From: a virus
Taxonomy: Duplodnaviria; Caudoviricetes
Virus record (IMG/VR): IMGVR_UViG_3300033407_000005
Coordinates: 11,735 to 75,734 of that record
DNA: 64,000 nt
Direction: 5' to 3' (one strand)
Below the pieces are notes generated by a model, which was not told the origin of the DNA, did not search any database, and saw nothing but the letters and a program-made list of their open reading frames with translations. Below, piece by piece: positions 25,034 to 34,895 of the stretch (position 1 is its first letter; each line of letters begins with the position of its first letter). The translations under genes were made by a program, and so were the position numbers.

Positions 25034-26028
25034 GCGACCGTCAGGACGCCGGCATTGCTCCACACCGTACCCGCGACCAGCCCCGCGGCGCTCGTCGGCA
25101 GGAGCGTGGTGTTGAACGTGATCGTGCCGTCGCGGTTCATCGTCAGGATGTTGCCGACGAGGCTCCCGGCGGCGTCGTGAGCCCAGAAATCGAGCCCGCC
25201 ACCGGTGTTGCCGCCCCCTTCGGCTATAAGGTTCTTGCCGATCTTCCACCGCAGGATGCCGCCGGAATAGATCTTGAGCCAGGCGCCCTGGCCGGCGTCG
25301 GAATCGAGGTTGATCGCGGCCTCGGTCGCGGCGTCGGCGGTGACGCTCACCGTATTGCCGAACGATCCCTCGCCGACGAAGTTTGCCTCCCCGTCGCCGG
25401 TAAGGGTGCCATCGACGCCAAGATTCCCGGCGACGCCGCCGTTCCCGGAGATGCTGAGCGTGACGGCGGTCACTATACCGTCGAAGGTGGCCGTGCCGAC
25501 GACCCCAAAGGTGCCGCCTACGCTCGCGTTAACGTCGATGACGGCGCTGCCGCCGACCGTCAGGTCCTCGGTGACGGCGAGGTCCGTGGTGATCAGCAGG
25601 TCGCCGATGATCTTGGCGCCGGTCGCGGTGCCGATGACGCCGGTGTGCAGCGTGAAGTCTGTCCCGTCGCACACCGCCGCCGTAACGCCGCCCGTGACGA
25701 TCGGAACAGTATCGCCAGCGGCCAGCCCCGCGATCAGGTCAGCATTGGTCAGATTGACGATGACCGCAAGGCCCAAGAACCCCGCCGCGAAAGTGATCTT
25801 GTCCCCCGCTGTCGCGGTCCCAGTAATCACGAATGCGATGTTCTGGCTTTCCGGGCCGCTCAGCGTGACCGGGCCGGTGATCGCCTTCGGCAACAGGCCG
25901 GCCGCTTCAATCCCAAGCTGAAAATTGACAATTGACTCAATAGCGAGGACAATCGTGCCTTCCCAATCCGCGCGCCACATTGCATCGGTGATTACGTTGC
26001 CGTGGACATCGAGCGTCGATATTGTCAT
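25030..26028 (-). CDS. Tail fibre / minor virion protein
   Basis: G/T/V-rich beta repeats (VxGxLxVxG); ends GTVWSNAGVLTV. Confidence 0.75.
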   Translation of the reverse strand: MTISTLDVHGNVITDAMWRADWEGTIVLAIESIVNFQLGIEAAGLLPKAITGPVTLSGPESQNIAFVITGTATAGDKITFAAGFLGLAVIVNLTNADLIAGLAAGDTVPIVTGGVTAAVCDGTDFTLHTGVIGTATGAKIIGDLLITTDLAVTEDLTVGGSAVIDVNASVGGTFGVVGTATFDGIVTAVTLSISGNGGVAGNLGVDGTLTGDGEANFVGEGSFGNTVSVTADAATEAAINLDSDAGQGAWLKIYSGGILRWKIGKNLIAEGGGNTGGGLDFWAHDAAGSLVGNILTMNRDGTITFNTTLLPTSAAGLVAGTVWSNAGVLTVA

Positions 26029-26056
26029 GCGGGATCACTCTCCGGAGAGACAAAAG

Positions 26057-26308
26057 ATGGCGGAAGGCAAGGCGACAGATACAATCTTCGTCCCGTCCGG
26101 CGCGCTGGGCGGCTTCACCGCGACCGGGATGGTGGCGCTCGACACCACACCCCCGCGGATCACCTTTGAGCCGCTTGAGCGGTTGCGCTCCCTCGCGGAA
26201 CGCGCCCAACGCGGGGCAAACGCCGGTGGTGATGCGACGCGAGCCAAAGAATTGGCCGCGATTGCCGATTGCATCGACGCGCTGTTCCAAGCGGTGCTCA
26301 GGCGATGA
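26057..26308 (+). CDS. Antisense-oriented hypothetical protein
   Basis: RBS ggagag; opposite strand to the late operon. Confidence 0.5.
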   Translation: MAEGKATDTIFVPSGALGGFTATGMVALDTTPPRITFEPLERLRSLAERAQRGANAGGDATRAKELAAIADCIDALFQAVLRR

Positions 26309-26390
26309 GCGAGGGCCTATTCAGCATGAACCGAAGGGGATTGCTTCTTGGCCTGTTGGCCGCTCCCGCGATCGTGCGGATGAGCGCGAA

Positions 26391-26669
26391 ATGATCGTTA
26401 AATTCGCCGCCGCTGACACTTTCCCGTTCCCCATCGGATATCCGGTGCGCCCAGCCTGCGAGGATCGCGAACACGAGGTTTATTTCGATGCTCGGTTTCT
26501 GCGGGTCCCGATAAGCGAGGTGAGAGTCGGCGGCATTCCGTGGGGTCGGGTTGCCGGCAATCCCCAGGGTGGTGAATGGTCTTTACTGACCAGCGGGCGA
26601 ATTAAATTCGGCGACGATACGTTCGGCGGTGAGGTCATCGTCTATCTTGAGCGGTATGCTGCGGCCTAG
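26391..26669 (+). CDS. Stand-alone paralog of an internal domain of tail protein 30349..32076
   Basis: ISEVRVGGIPW...GGEWS versus ITEVRVGGVPW...DGEWS. Confidence 0.6.
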   Translation: MIVKFAAADTFPFPIGYPVRPACEDREHEVYFDARFLRVPISEVRVGGIPWGRVAGNPQGGEWSLLTSGRIKFGDDTFGGEVIVYLERYAAA

Positions 26670-26723
26670 ATCGAACTGGTCGATCTGGAACGGGCTGGGC
26701 GTAGCGGGCGAAGAACGGGTTTG

Positions 26724-27593
26724 CTATAGCTGGTCAATCTGCGACGAGAACGACCGCAGCGCAAAGAATGGGTTTGAGATCGGGCTGTCCCTTGAGATCG
26801 TGCCGTAAATAGCTTCTTTCTCAAGATTGTACGTGTCGTCGGGGAACATAACGACTACCAAGGGCTTTGAACGCCCCTTGATAAGTACAAGGCCGAGCAC
26901 CTTGCTGCGTACCTCCGCCTCGGGCAAAACCGTGAAACCAAGATTGAGCCGGCGGCGGGTCATCCGCTCGGTGAAATAGGTCGAGCCTCCCGGAACCCGC
27001 GAGACATCGCTTTCGTCGATGGCCGTCCATTCCCAGCCGGGCGCAAGCCGGTCCTCCGCCGGTTCCCACACCTCGCAGGCGCCGAAGCAGCCGATCTGCA
27101 GCGGGGTCGAGCTGGTCGGATCAATGAATTCGACCTTGATGTACCGGCAGGAGATCGGGGCCGCCGGGACCAGGATGCGCGGATAGCCGAGCTTTTCGTA
27201 CTCGTCGGGCATGTAGACGTGGGTGAGGGCGAGCTCGCCCCAGGGGTTCGCCTCGAACGGTGTGCTGCCGTCGGGCGGCCAGCAGGTCGTCCAGTCGGTA
27301 TCGTAGGTGTTGGTGACGAAGGCCGGGTCGTTGCCGGCGCGCAGCCGCATGATCCCGAGCGACGTTGCCCGCAGCTGGGCGAAAAAGAACAGGCCGACGA
27401 TGCGGGCGTACCCCAGGTCGACGGTGAACTGGGTCGAGCCCCAATCGAGGTTGGTCACCGCCTCGGCGACGAGCTGCGGGCGATGGTCGATGAGGTTGAC
27501 CAGCGGCAGGCCGGGTTGCCAGACACCGCCCGCGAGGCTCGCCGCCGGGTCCTGCAGCCAGTCGCGGCGAGAGATCAGGATGCGGCGCGCCAT
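26724..27593 (-). CDS. Distal tail-like protein
   Basis: Position after tail genes; QIGCFGA...W...GWEW...D.S pattern. Confidence 0.7.
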   Translation of the reverse strand: MARRILISRRDWLQDPAASLAGGVWQPGLPLVNLIDHRPQLVAEAVTNLDWGSTQFTVDLGYARIVGLFFFAQLRATSLGIMRLRAGNDPAFVTNTYDTDWTTCWPPDGSTPFEANPWGELALTHVYMPDEYEKLGYPRILVPAAPISCRYIKVEFIDPTSSTPLQIGCFGACEVWEPAEDRLAPGWEWTAIDESDVSRVPGGSTYFTERMTRRRLNLGFTVLPEAEVRSKVLGLVLIKGRSKPLVVVMFPDDTYNLEKEAIYGTISRDSPISNPFFALRSFSSQIDQL

Positions 27594-27784
27594 CAGCACT
27601 CCTCTTTCTGAGGAGGCCAGCACCCCGTCCAGCCGCTATCGTAAACATCGCCGACGCGCGAGGCGTCGACTCCTGGCCGAACGGTGAGCATTCCGGTGAT
27701 CGGCACAGCCCATGTCCCGCCGCGCAATGGCAACGATGCGTCACCTTGCCAGTCGCGGCGGCTTATGAGAATCCGGCGCGCCAT
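27593..27784 (-). pseudogene. Internally deleted duplicate of the 5' end of 26724..27593
   Basis: MARRILISRRDW...YDSGWTGCWPP. Confidence 0.65.
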
Positions 27785-27794
27785 CAGTACGATC

Positions 27795-28136
27795 CATGCT
27801 ATCCGGTTAAGACCCATGAACACGACTGCTTGTGTTTTGTAGTTTTTCTTCCAGATTTTCAACGCGCCTAAGCGCATACATTGTTGGACGCGAAACTGTT
27901 TCGATAGGTCCTGACATAAAAGCCCCTTCACAGGTTATCCCTGCGTCGTGAAGACGCTTACAGATGCAAGAGGGGCAGAGTAAACCGCCCTCGTCGCCAC
28001 TCGGAGAGATACCTCTCCATACCGAAAGGGGAATAATCAAGTCAGGGAAACCATGATCATTTCCATATGGGCGTTTGCAGTCGTGGCACGCGGCATTCAT
28101 CGATCAACTCCTAGTGCCTGTGTGTGACAACCGGAT
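27795..28136 (-). mobile_element. Degenerate family A cassette (A3) in the tail operon
   Basis: Minus strand atccggttgtcacac...ctaggag-ATG...TAA-ccggatagcatgg. Confidence 0.7.
27807..28100 (-). CDS. Cys-rich cargo protein of A3
   Basis: CHDC...LLCPSCICKRL, lower GC. Confidence 0.7.
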   Translation of the reverse strand: MNAACHDCKRPYGNDHGFPDLIIPLSVWRGISPSGDEGGLLCPSCICKRLHDAGITCEGAFMSGPIETVSRPTMYALRRVENLEEKLQNTSSRVHGS

Positions 28137-28139
28137 CCT

Positions 28140-29888
28140 TTAATACAGGCTCGCGACCGGCCCGAGAGCGGTTGTGAAGGTGGTCGGGGCGAGGGCGGCA
28201 TTGGCGACAAACCCGGTCGCATAGTCCTGCGCGGTCAGCTTCCCGGCGCCGCAATTGCCCTCCGTATGCGTCGAACCACGAACCGTCGCATTGTCGTATA
28301 AGGTCAGAACGTAATAGGTCGCCGGCCCGGCCGCGGCATAAGCGCCGCCGGTGAAGGCGATGCGCTGATAAACGCCGGCGGCGCCCGCAACGGCGGTGGA
28401 GGCCGAAGTCTTGAGGATGTTGCCTGCCACATCGCCGAGCCCGACCTTGACGTTGCCCGAGGCAACCGACCCGCCGCGGATCGCGATACCGGTCAATGTC
28501 GCGTTGGCGGGAACGAATATCTCGGCGGCATAGACTTCCGTGGCGACCGGCGTCTGGTCGGTGAAGGCCGCGGCCGCGCCATTCGATCCAACGCCGCAGG
28601 ATGCCCAATTGCGCGGCGATACCGAAAATCCGCCGGCAGCCGCGACGCCGCCGGTTCCGGTAATTTTCCCCTCGACCGTCAGGTTGTTGACCCCCGGATC
28701 GGCCATCGTCGTGCCGAGGTACAACCCGCCGCTCGCGTTCAGCCGCATGCGGCCCGCGAGCGAACCGGCCGTGTTCATCGTCCAGAAGTCGAGCCGCGTC
28801 GGTACTATGTCCGCCGAAACAGTGCCAACCACCGTACCAAGTATTTGCGCTCCCACCTTGTAGATCGTTCCGTCCGAACCAGCCATCTGGATAGACATCA
28901 CCTGGTCGGCGGCCGCCACCGCCGTATGGCTGCCGACCGTTGCGTTTCTTGATTTGGTGAACTGCAGGCCGGGGCCGGCCGTATTTGCCGAGTGCCTGCC
29001 GAACTGCACGCCGGGGTTTGAATAGAACTGATATTGCCTGGCAAAACCATCGGAGCCAACAAATGATGCCGTAGCCCCACCGACGAAAGTGCCGCTCTGC
29101 GTCTGCGTGCCCGAGAACACCGGGCTCGCGATCGTCGGCGCGGTGTTCATCACGAATGTCGATCCGGTCCCGGTCTGCGAGGCAATCGCCGTCGCGTTCC
29201 CGGTCGAGGTGATCGGCCCCGTCAGGTCGGCGTTGGTCGTGACGTTGCCAGCGGTCAGCCCCGAGGCCGTCCCGGTCAGGAACGTCCCGACCCCTGATGA
29301 CGGCGTGCCGAGCGCACCACCCGACACGAGAACCGCGCTCGTCAGGATACCGCCGTCCTTGATGAGCTTGCCGGTCGTGCCGTCGAACGCGGCGATGCGG
29401 TCGTCTACGGCGGACGCCGGCCCGACGACATCACCAGACCCGGCCGCACACGCCCCCGCCGAGGTCGCGAGAACCCCTCCGGCAGTCAGCCCGACACAGC
29501 GATCCTGCGTGCCGCTTGCCGCTCCCGACAAGACGATCGCCGTACCGCTGAAATCCGGGTCGCCGCTGAACGTACCGGACAGCGCGTCGCCATTGTTCTT
29601 GAGAAAGGCACCCGCTGATCCAACGTTTATTCCCAATGCGGTTGCGACTCCGGTGCCAAGGCCGGAAAGCTCGGAAACTCCGAGCGTCCCGACCGTAATA
29701 GCAGCGCCCGCGCTCTCCTGCTTGAGCACCTGCCCCGCACCGCCCGTCGCGCTCAGATCGGCTTCAAGTCCACCCAAATTCAAAGCGAGCGGTGCGGGAA
29801 ACGAGTTGACGACCTGCGTCTGCGACAGCCCAGGAACCGGCCAAAGCGAGGCCAGCAAGCCAAGAGCAGCGATGATCCTCGATTTCAT
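28140..29888 (-). CDS. Tail fibre-like protein with signal-peptide-like N-terminus
   Basis: G/A/T/S-rich, GDVVGPASAVDDRIAAFDGTTGKLIKD fibre motif. Confidence 0.75.
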   Translation of the reverse strand: MKSRIIAALGLLASLWPVPGLSQTQVVNSFPAPLALNLGGLEADLSATGGAGQVLKQESAGAAITVGTLGVSELSGLGTGVATALGINVGSAGAFLKNNGDALSGTFSGDPDFSGTAIVLSGAASGTQDRCVGLTAGGVLATSAGACAAGSGDVVGPASAVDDRIAAFDGTTGKLIKDGGILTSAVLVSGGALGTPSSGVGTFLTGTASGLTAGNVTTNADLTGPITSTGNATAIASQTGTGSTFVMNTAPTIASPVFSGTQTQSGTFVGGATASFVGSDGFARQYQFYSNPGVQFGRHSANTAGPGLQFTKSRNATVGSHTAVAAADQVMSIQMAGSDGTIYKVGAQILGTVVGTVSADIVPTRLDFWTMNTAGSLAGRMRLNASGGLYLGTTMADPGVNNLTVEGKITGTGGVAAAGGFSVSPRNWASCGVGSNGAAAAFTDQTPVATEVYAAEIFVPANATLTGIAIRGGSVASGNVKVGLGDVAGNILKTSASTAVAGAAGVYQRIAFTGGAYAAAGPATYYVLTLYDNATVRGSTHTEGNCGAGKLTAQDYATGFVANAALAPTTFTTALGPVASLY

Positions 29889-30349
29889 CAAAGCACACCC
29901 CAGTTGCCGGTTGCACTCTCGACAGCCCATTGGTCGACGACAGAAGTCGGCACCAAACAAAGCGCGCAAAAGGGTTGATTATTCTGAATATACCCGGCCG
30001 CGGCGCTGTTGGTCACGTCATTCGCGATCTTCGCCGGTGACGGGGCTTTTATCCGCAGCATCTGCGCCGCCGTGACCATGAAATAAAACTTCAGATTAGG
30101 GTCCGCTACCCATGGCGGAAGCGTCAAAATCACGATGCCGCCGGCCCCGGTGTTGTCGAATACGTTGCCCGCGTCCGTGGTAAGAAGCGTGTAGTTCAGG
30201 GTCTTGGTGGTGAGACGCCTCGCGGCCTGCAATCCGCCGCCCGGTATCTTCCTGGTCGCGCCGCCGTTGATGAAGACGAAATACCCGGTGTCCGGGTAGG
30301 GCGGGCTTTGCGTCGGCCGCGTCGGGACATATGCCTTCAAGGCCGACAT
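29888..30349 (-). CDS. Minor tail protein
   Basis: KTLNYTLLTTDAG...LTLP fibre-associated motif. Confidence 0.7.
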   Translation of the reverse strand: MSALKAYVPTRPTQSPPYPDTGYFVFINGGATRKIPGGGLQAARRLTTKTLNYTLLTTDAGNVFDNTGAGGIVILTLPPWVADPNLKFYFMVTAAQMLRIKAPSPAKIANDVTNSAAAGYIQNNQPFCALCLVPTSVVDQWAVESATGNWGVL

Positions 30350-32076
30350 CAGGCGTCCTCCGTCAGCGGCGTAACAACGTCGTCCTCGAACAGGACGGCG
30401 AACCCGTCATCCTCGGTCAGGGCGCCGGGGTGCGCGATGGCATAGAGCGCCGCCGTTGGCAGCTGCTCCGACCACAGCTGCACCGCGTTGGCCCCGCCGC
30501 CCACTGAGCGCAGCACCGAATGCACCCGCGCGACGGCGTTGATCATCCGGTATTGGACCCCGATCGTGTCGTAGAGCGCCGGCATCTCGTCGGACGCCAG
30601 CAGATTGTCGCGGTCCACAACCTCGTAGAGCTTCCGGGCGACGGTCCAGGCCGGGATCAGCCGGGCGCCGATCGAGAGGGCGTCGGCTTCGTTGTTGACC
30701 AGCGAGGGGATCAGCGGCACGTCGACCGCGAGCGGTTCCGCCGTCTTGATCGATGCATCCTCAAAGACCACCACGGCGATGCCGGTCGATCGCCACTTCT
30801 GCTGATCCGCCTCGCTCACCGCCGTATCGGGCGGGAAATTGGTCTGCGGGTGCTCGTTGCCCGAATGCTCGATCCGGATCCGCCAGGCCGGCGGCACGAG
30901 CTGCGTCTGGTTCGCCGCGCCGATCGACAGCGCCGTCAATGTGCGACTCGCGGTCGTGGTGTCCGCCTGCACACCGGCGGTAACCGCGCCATCCACCATG
31001 CGTTCCGTCCACCAGCCGCCGAGCCCGCCCATGATCCGATCGAACCCGTCGAAACGGTTTACCGGGTCGGTTCCGGTGTAGAAGCCGATCAGGTACGGTG
31101 CCGCCGCGTCGAGCGCCGCCATCGCCGCCGTGTCGACCGTGCCGCCCGCCTCGGTGACGAGTGCCGTCATCAGGGCCGCGGTGGTCAGCGTCGCCCAATC
31201 GGCGCCGCGAGCGTCGCACCGGACCTCCATGCCCAAGCTGTCCTGGCCGAGTTGGAATTTTCCCGCCGCGAGGTCGGCCGACCACTCGCCATCCCCGGGC
31301 GGGCTCGCCGCCTCCTGCCAGGGAACACCGCCGACCCTGACCTCGGTAATCTCGGCGAGCGGCAGCCGCGACACCTGGTAGATCTGCGCAACGCCGTCGA
31401 TCAGCGTCGGCGCGATGCACTTGCGCTCGCCCCGCAGCTCCGGTTTCGGCCGGCCGCGCAGCGCTTCCGGCGCGTCGTCGCCGTAGAGATCGGAAACAAT
31501 CGGGCCGTCGAGCGCGGCGATGCCGGCCAGCGTCTTGATCTTGCCCGTCAGCGTGTCGTGGGTCAGCTCATCGACCCGGCCGGTGAAGACCAGCTCGAAA
31601 TCGTCGTGATCGTCGCCCGGCGCCGCCAGGTAGACCCTGAGCGCCCGCCCCTTCCAATGGTACTCGAGTTTCGGCCAGATCGTCTCGTCGAGCGCAAAGT
31701 CGATCTGCCCGGCATTGACTTCGCCGCGGAGCGGTTCGCCGTACTGCTCGCCGGAAATCCGCGTGCCGAATTGCAGCGGCACATAGAGCCGCGGGTCGTA
31801 CTGCACCCGGACGCCATCGACCGTCGCGGCCAGCGGGACGAGGCCGGAGGCCAGCCGCAGCGTCTCGACCACCGTGCCGTCGTGCAGGTCGATTTCGACG
31901 GCGACCAGGGTTTTTGGAATAACCGCGATTGGCGGGACTATCGGGACAGGGATGATCGCGGCAGGGAAAATACCCTGCGCCGGCAGGCCTTCAAACCAGA
32001 ACTTCTGATCCACGCCTTCGTTATTTGAGAAAACCGGCGAGCCATTAAACCAGAACTTTTGATCGCCGTCAGGCAC
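30349..32076 (-). CDS. Tail hub / baseplate-like protein
   Basis: Position; LRGRPKP..G...IAPTLID motif of GTA-like tail proteins. Confidence 0.7.
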   Translation of the reverse strand: MPDGDQKFWFNGSPVFSNNEGVDQKFWFEGLPAQGIFPAAIIPVPIVPPIAVIPKTLVAVEIDLHDGTVVETLRLASGLVPLAATVDGVRVQYDPRLYVPLQFGTRISGEQYGEPLRGEVNAGQIDFALDETIWPKLEYHWKGRALRVYLAAPGDDHDDFELVFTGRVDELTHDTLTGKIKTLAGIAALDGPIVSDLYGDDAPEALRGRPKPELRGERKCIAPTLIDGVAQIYQVSRLPLAEITEVRVGGVPWQEAASPPGDGEWSADLAAGKFQLGQDSLGMEVRCDARGADWATLTTAALMTALVTEAGGTVDTAAMAALDAAAPYLIGFYTGTDPVNRFDGFDRIMGGLGGWWTERMVDGAVTAGVQADTTTASRTLTALSIGAANQTQLVPPAWRIRIEHSGNEHPQTNFPPDTAVSEADQQKWRSTGIAVVVFEDASIKTAEPLAVDVPLIPSLVNNEADALSIGARLIPAWTVARKLYEVVDRDNLLASDEMPALYDTIGVQYRMINAVARVHSVLRSVGGGANAVQLWSEQLPTAALYAIAHPGALTEDDGFAVLFEDDVVTPLTEDA

Positions 32077-34601
32077 TAGGCCAATTCCCAGTCATCCACG
32101 TTGATCCACGCGCCGCTCGTGCCGTCGCAATCAACCACGAACTCAAACGCCCCGTCGTCGGTCGCCGCCCCGGTCGTGCCTGTGAGCTGTTCCCAATCTC
32201 CCGAGTCGTCGGCAACCGTCATCGTGTCGAGCACCACGTCATCATTGACCCCGAGAGCCGGGTTGGACTTTAGGATCAAGCGCGGCTGGCTCCCGGCGTA
32301 GAGCACGCCCCCGGCGTCGCCGGCGATCGACTTCCTCACCCACACCGATATCGTGATTGTCTCCGTATCGGCGACGGGAGCCAGTATCCCCCGGTGCTTC
32401 AGGGCGCTTTCCAGCTTGACGCTCGCGCTTGTCGGCGTGCATCTCTGCGACGGAGAAGCGGTATGGGAAATCACGCTGTCCGTGCGAAGCGCCCCAGTCG
32501 TCGCACCCTGGCCGACATAGGTTCGGTGATCCCCCGCAACTCCGTTGTGTCGCTGCGACGTAACAAACGCCTCGCTAATCAGACCTTCCACTCCCGAAAG
32601 TTGGGTTGCCGCTCCGAGCTTGGTGTTCGTCATCCTGAGCTGCGTGCCGGTTCCGAGAACGATGTCCGTCGTGTGCGCCGTCTTGATCCCGCTGACCGTC
32701 GAGAGGTCGCCGTTCACGATGTCGAGAATGAATATCCCCGGAGAACCATCACAAGCAATTCCATTCGAGACAGGAAACGACGTGTCTCCGTTGAGCACCG
32801 GATTTATTAAATAAACAATCCCGCCTATTGGGCTTAGAATTCGTATGTTCCCCCCATTACCAAAAAGCACAGGCGAGTCAAAGATCAGGGGATATGCGCG
32901 ATTTTCAATAACTATACCCTGAAGATTATTTCTCCATGCTGTAAGATTTGTAACAGTTCCATTTATTCCCGAAATCTCAAACAGAAATCCTTCATTCGAA
33001 TTAGAATGCGCAACATTTCCGCTATTAGGTCCCAACGTCGCACCTTGTTGAAACTCAAAGCCCCTGGCGCAAGAAACCGCGGTGTTGTTATTTACTGTTA
33101 TTCCCACATCAGAAAATTCAAAGCCACTACGGCCTATGATGATATTATTATCAATAACAATATTCGTTCCCGTAGTTACAGCTACTGTAACGCCTCTAAT
33201 AATACTAGCATTGGATACCCACCACATTACGTTATTAGCGAACGTAATGTTATCGGTTACAGAGCCAACTACCGTAAATGCTCCATCCTCGGTATCATGG
33301 ATAGACGAGAATTGTATTGAGCACGAGCCGGTCGTTGTGTTTACTTCAACCCCACGTTGGTTCGTGCTGTTTTGCCCAAGGTAATAGAATTCAGCCCAAT
33401 CAATATCGACTATCGATGTCGCGTTGAAATTCGCATAGGCCATGAGTGTTGACGAAACGCTGCGAATCTTAACGTTGCGGGTTATGTTGATGACTTCGGC
33501 TTGTGTCGGCGCCGTACCTGAATGGGCAAAAGCCAATCCGCCGCCAGCCCCGGCAAATCCATCTACCGTCAGGCTCGACGCCCCTGCGTTGCCGTTCAGC
33601 GCCCCAAGCTCTGATTGCAATACCGTCTTTGTCGTTGACGCAACCGCGATCTGGTCGTCATCAAGCCATCCGGTATCGGTATCTACCCCCAGGCTCGTTG
33701 AGTCGATCGCCTCATCCGTGTTGAGCTTGCACGAAACGGTATTGTTGCCGCTGGTTCTGGAAAGCCCCTGGATGTTGGTTGTCGAGCCATTCCTCCCGAT
33801 CAGCCCGTGGCCGCCATCGACGGTCGAATCGAACTCCAACACGGCCACGCTGTCCCGCGGGATCGGCGTTCCGGTCGTGCCGATGTTGAGCGTTCCGCCG
33901 CTATAGACAATCGCGTGGCCCGACAGCCGCAACAGCGGATTGGCGGCGGACGTGTCCTTGAAGGTTAGCGTGCCGTTCTGGCAGATCGCCAGCGCGGGCG
34001 TGACGGTCGAAGTCGTGTCCGATCCGTAGTCGGTCGCCGCCGTCTCGTCCATCGTCACGACGTAGGCGTTGGCGCTCGCCGCCGAGTTCCAACTCCCCGC
34101 TACAATTACGTCGTCGCCCGTTGTCGGGGCCTGGTTGGTATCGGTGATCAGCAGCCGTGACCAGTTATTGCCCGAGGCCGAATACACCGTCGCCTGGTTG
34201 GCCGATGACGTGGTTACGTCGATCTTGTAGGCCGTGATCCCGTCGACCACCAGGCCGGTAGCGGGCTTGAAGATGATCCAACCGCCGTCGAGCCCGGCTG
34301 TCGTTGCCTCGGGCAGATCGGTCATGTTGACGGTGACGGTCTTCTGAACGCTGTTGTCGGATGACAGGATGATCGCGACCGTCATCGTCCCGGTCGTGCC
34401 GGTGCGGTTGCGGAACTTGATCCCGAAGGCGTCTATCGTTCCGGCGGCCGGCGTGAACGCGGCCGATCGCGAGGTCGTGCCCGAAGCCGTAGGGGGAACG
34501 GCCCCGCTCGCCTCGCTGTTGGAATAACTCGCCGCGTCGACGAGACCCCATGTACCAGCGGTCAGCCAGTTGCCCGATCCGATTGATGCGACAACGGCCA
34601 C
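32076..34601 (-). CDS. Large tail protein with right-handed beta-helix (receptor-binding or depolymerase-like)
   Basis: Asn-ladder repeats (IDNNIIIG, VNNNTAV, NLTAWRNN). Confidence 0.75.
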   Translation of the reverse strand: MAVVASIGSGNWLTAGTWGLVDAASYSNSEASGAVPPTASGTTSRSAAFTPAAGTIDAFGIKFRNRTGTTGTMTVAIILSSDNSVQKTVTVNMTDLPEATTAGLDGGWIIFKPATGLVVDGITAYKIDVTTSSANQATVYSASGNNWSRLLITDTNQAPTTGDDVIVAGSWNSAASANAYVVTMDETAATDYGSDTTSTVTPALAICQNGTLTFKDTSAANPLLRLSGHAIVYSGGTLNIGTTGTPIPRDSVAVLEFDSTVDGGHGLIGRNGSTTNIQGLSRTSGNNTVSCKLNTDEAIDSTSLGVDTDTGWLDDDQIAVASTTKTVLQSELGALNGNAGASSLTVDGFAGAGGGLAFAHSGTAPTQAEVINITRNVKIRSVSSTLMAYANFNATSIVDIDWAEFYYLGQNSTNQRGVEVNTTTGSCSIQFSSIHDTEDGAFTVVGSVTDNITFANNVMWWVSNASIIRGVTVAVTTGTNIVIDNNIIIGRSGFEFSDVGITVNNNTAVSCARGFEFQQGATLGPNSGNVAHSNSNEGFLFEISGINGTVTNLTAWRNNLQGIVIENRAYPLIFDSPVLFGNGGNIRILSPIGGIVYLINPVLNGDTSFPVSNGIACDGSPGIFILDIVNGDLSTVSGIKTAHTTDIVLGTGTQLRMTNTKLGAATQLSGVEGLISEAFVTSQRHNGVAGDHRTYVGQGATTGALRTDSVISHTASPSQRCTPTSASVKLESALKHRGILAPVADTETITISVWVRKSIAGDAGGVLYAGSQPRLILKSNPALGVNDDVVLDTMTVADDSGDWEQLTGTTGAATDDGAFEFVVDCDGTSGAWINVDDWELA

Positions 34602-34604
34602 TCG

Positions 34605-34895
34605 TTATGCCCCATCCGAATCGAGGTAGACGAATTTCCGGCCCGGGCCCCAATCGATCGGCGCGCCGCCGTTCGTGCTGGCCTCGATCGTGATGCGGCT
34701 CAGGCTGTTCGATGCACTCGAGAACAGCCCGCTGACCCACTCGGTCTGCCGCCGGTCGGTAACCCGGTAGCTGCGGACCGTGCCGTTCGCCACACGCGAT
34801 GCGAACGTGACGGACCCCGGCAGCGCTCCGCCAAGCACATAGGGGCCGAGCCCGGTTGTCGCCGTCGTCTCGGCGGCGGCGTTGGCGGCGGCCAT
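34605..34895 (-). CDS. Small tail protein
   Basis: ETTATTGLGPY.LGGA motif of fibre N-termini. Confidence 0.7.
   Translation of the reverse strand: MAAANAAAETTATTGLGPYVLGGALPGSVTFASRVANGTVRSYRVTDRRQTEWVSGLFSSASNSLSRITIEASTNGGAPIDWGPGRKFVYLDSDGA

Noticed and set aside
26391-31350. Diversity-generating retroelement template/variable repeats
   Set aside because: Low nucleotide identity, mismatches not limited to adenines, and no reverse transcriptase in the window.
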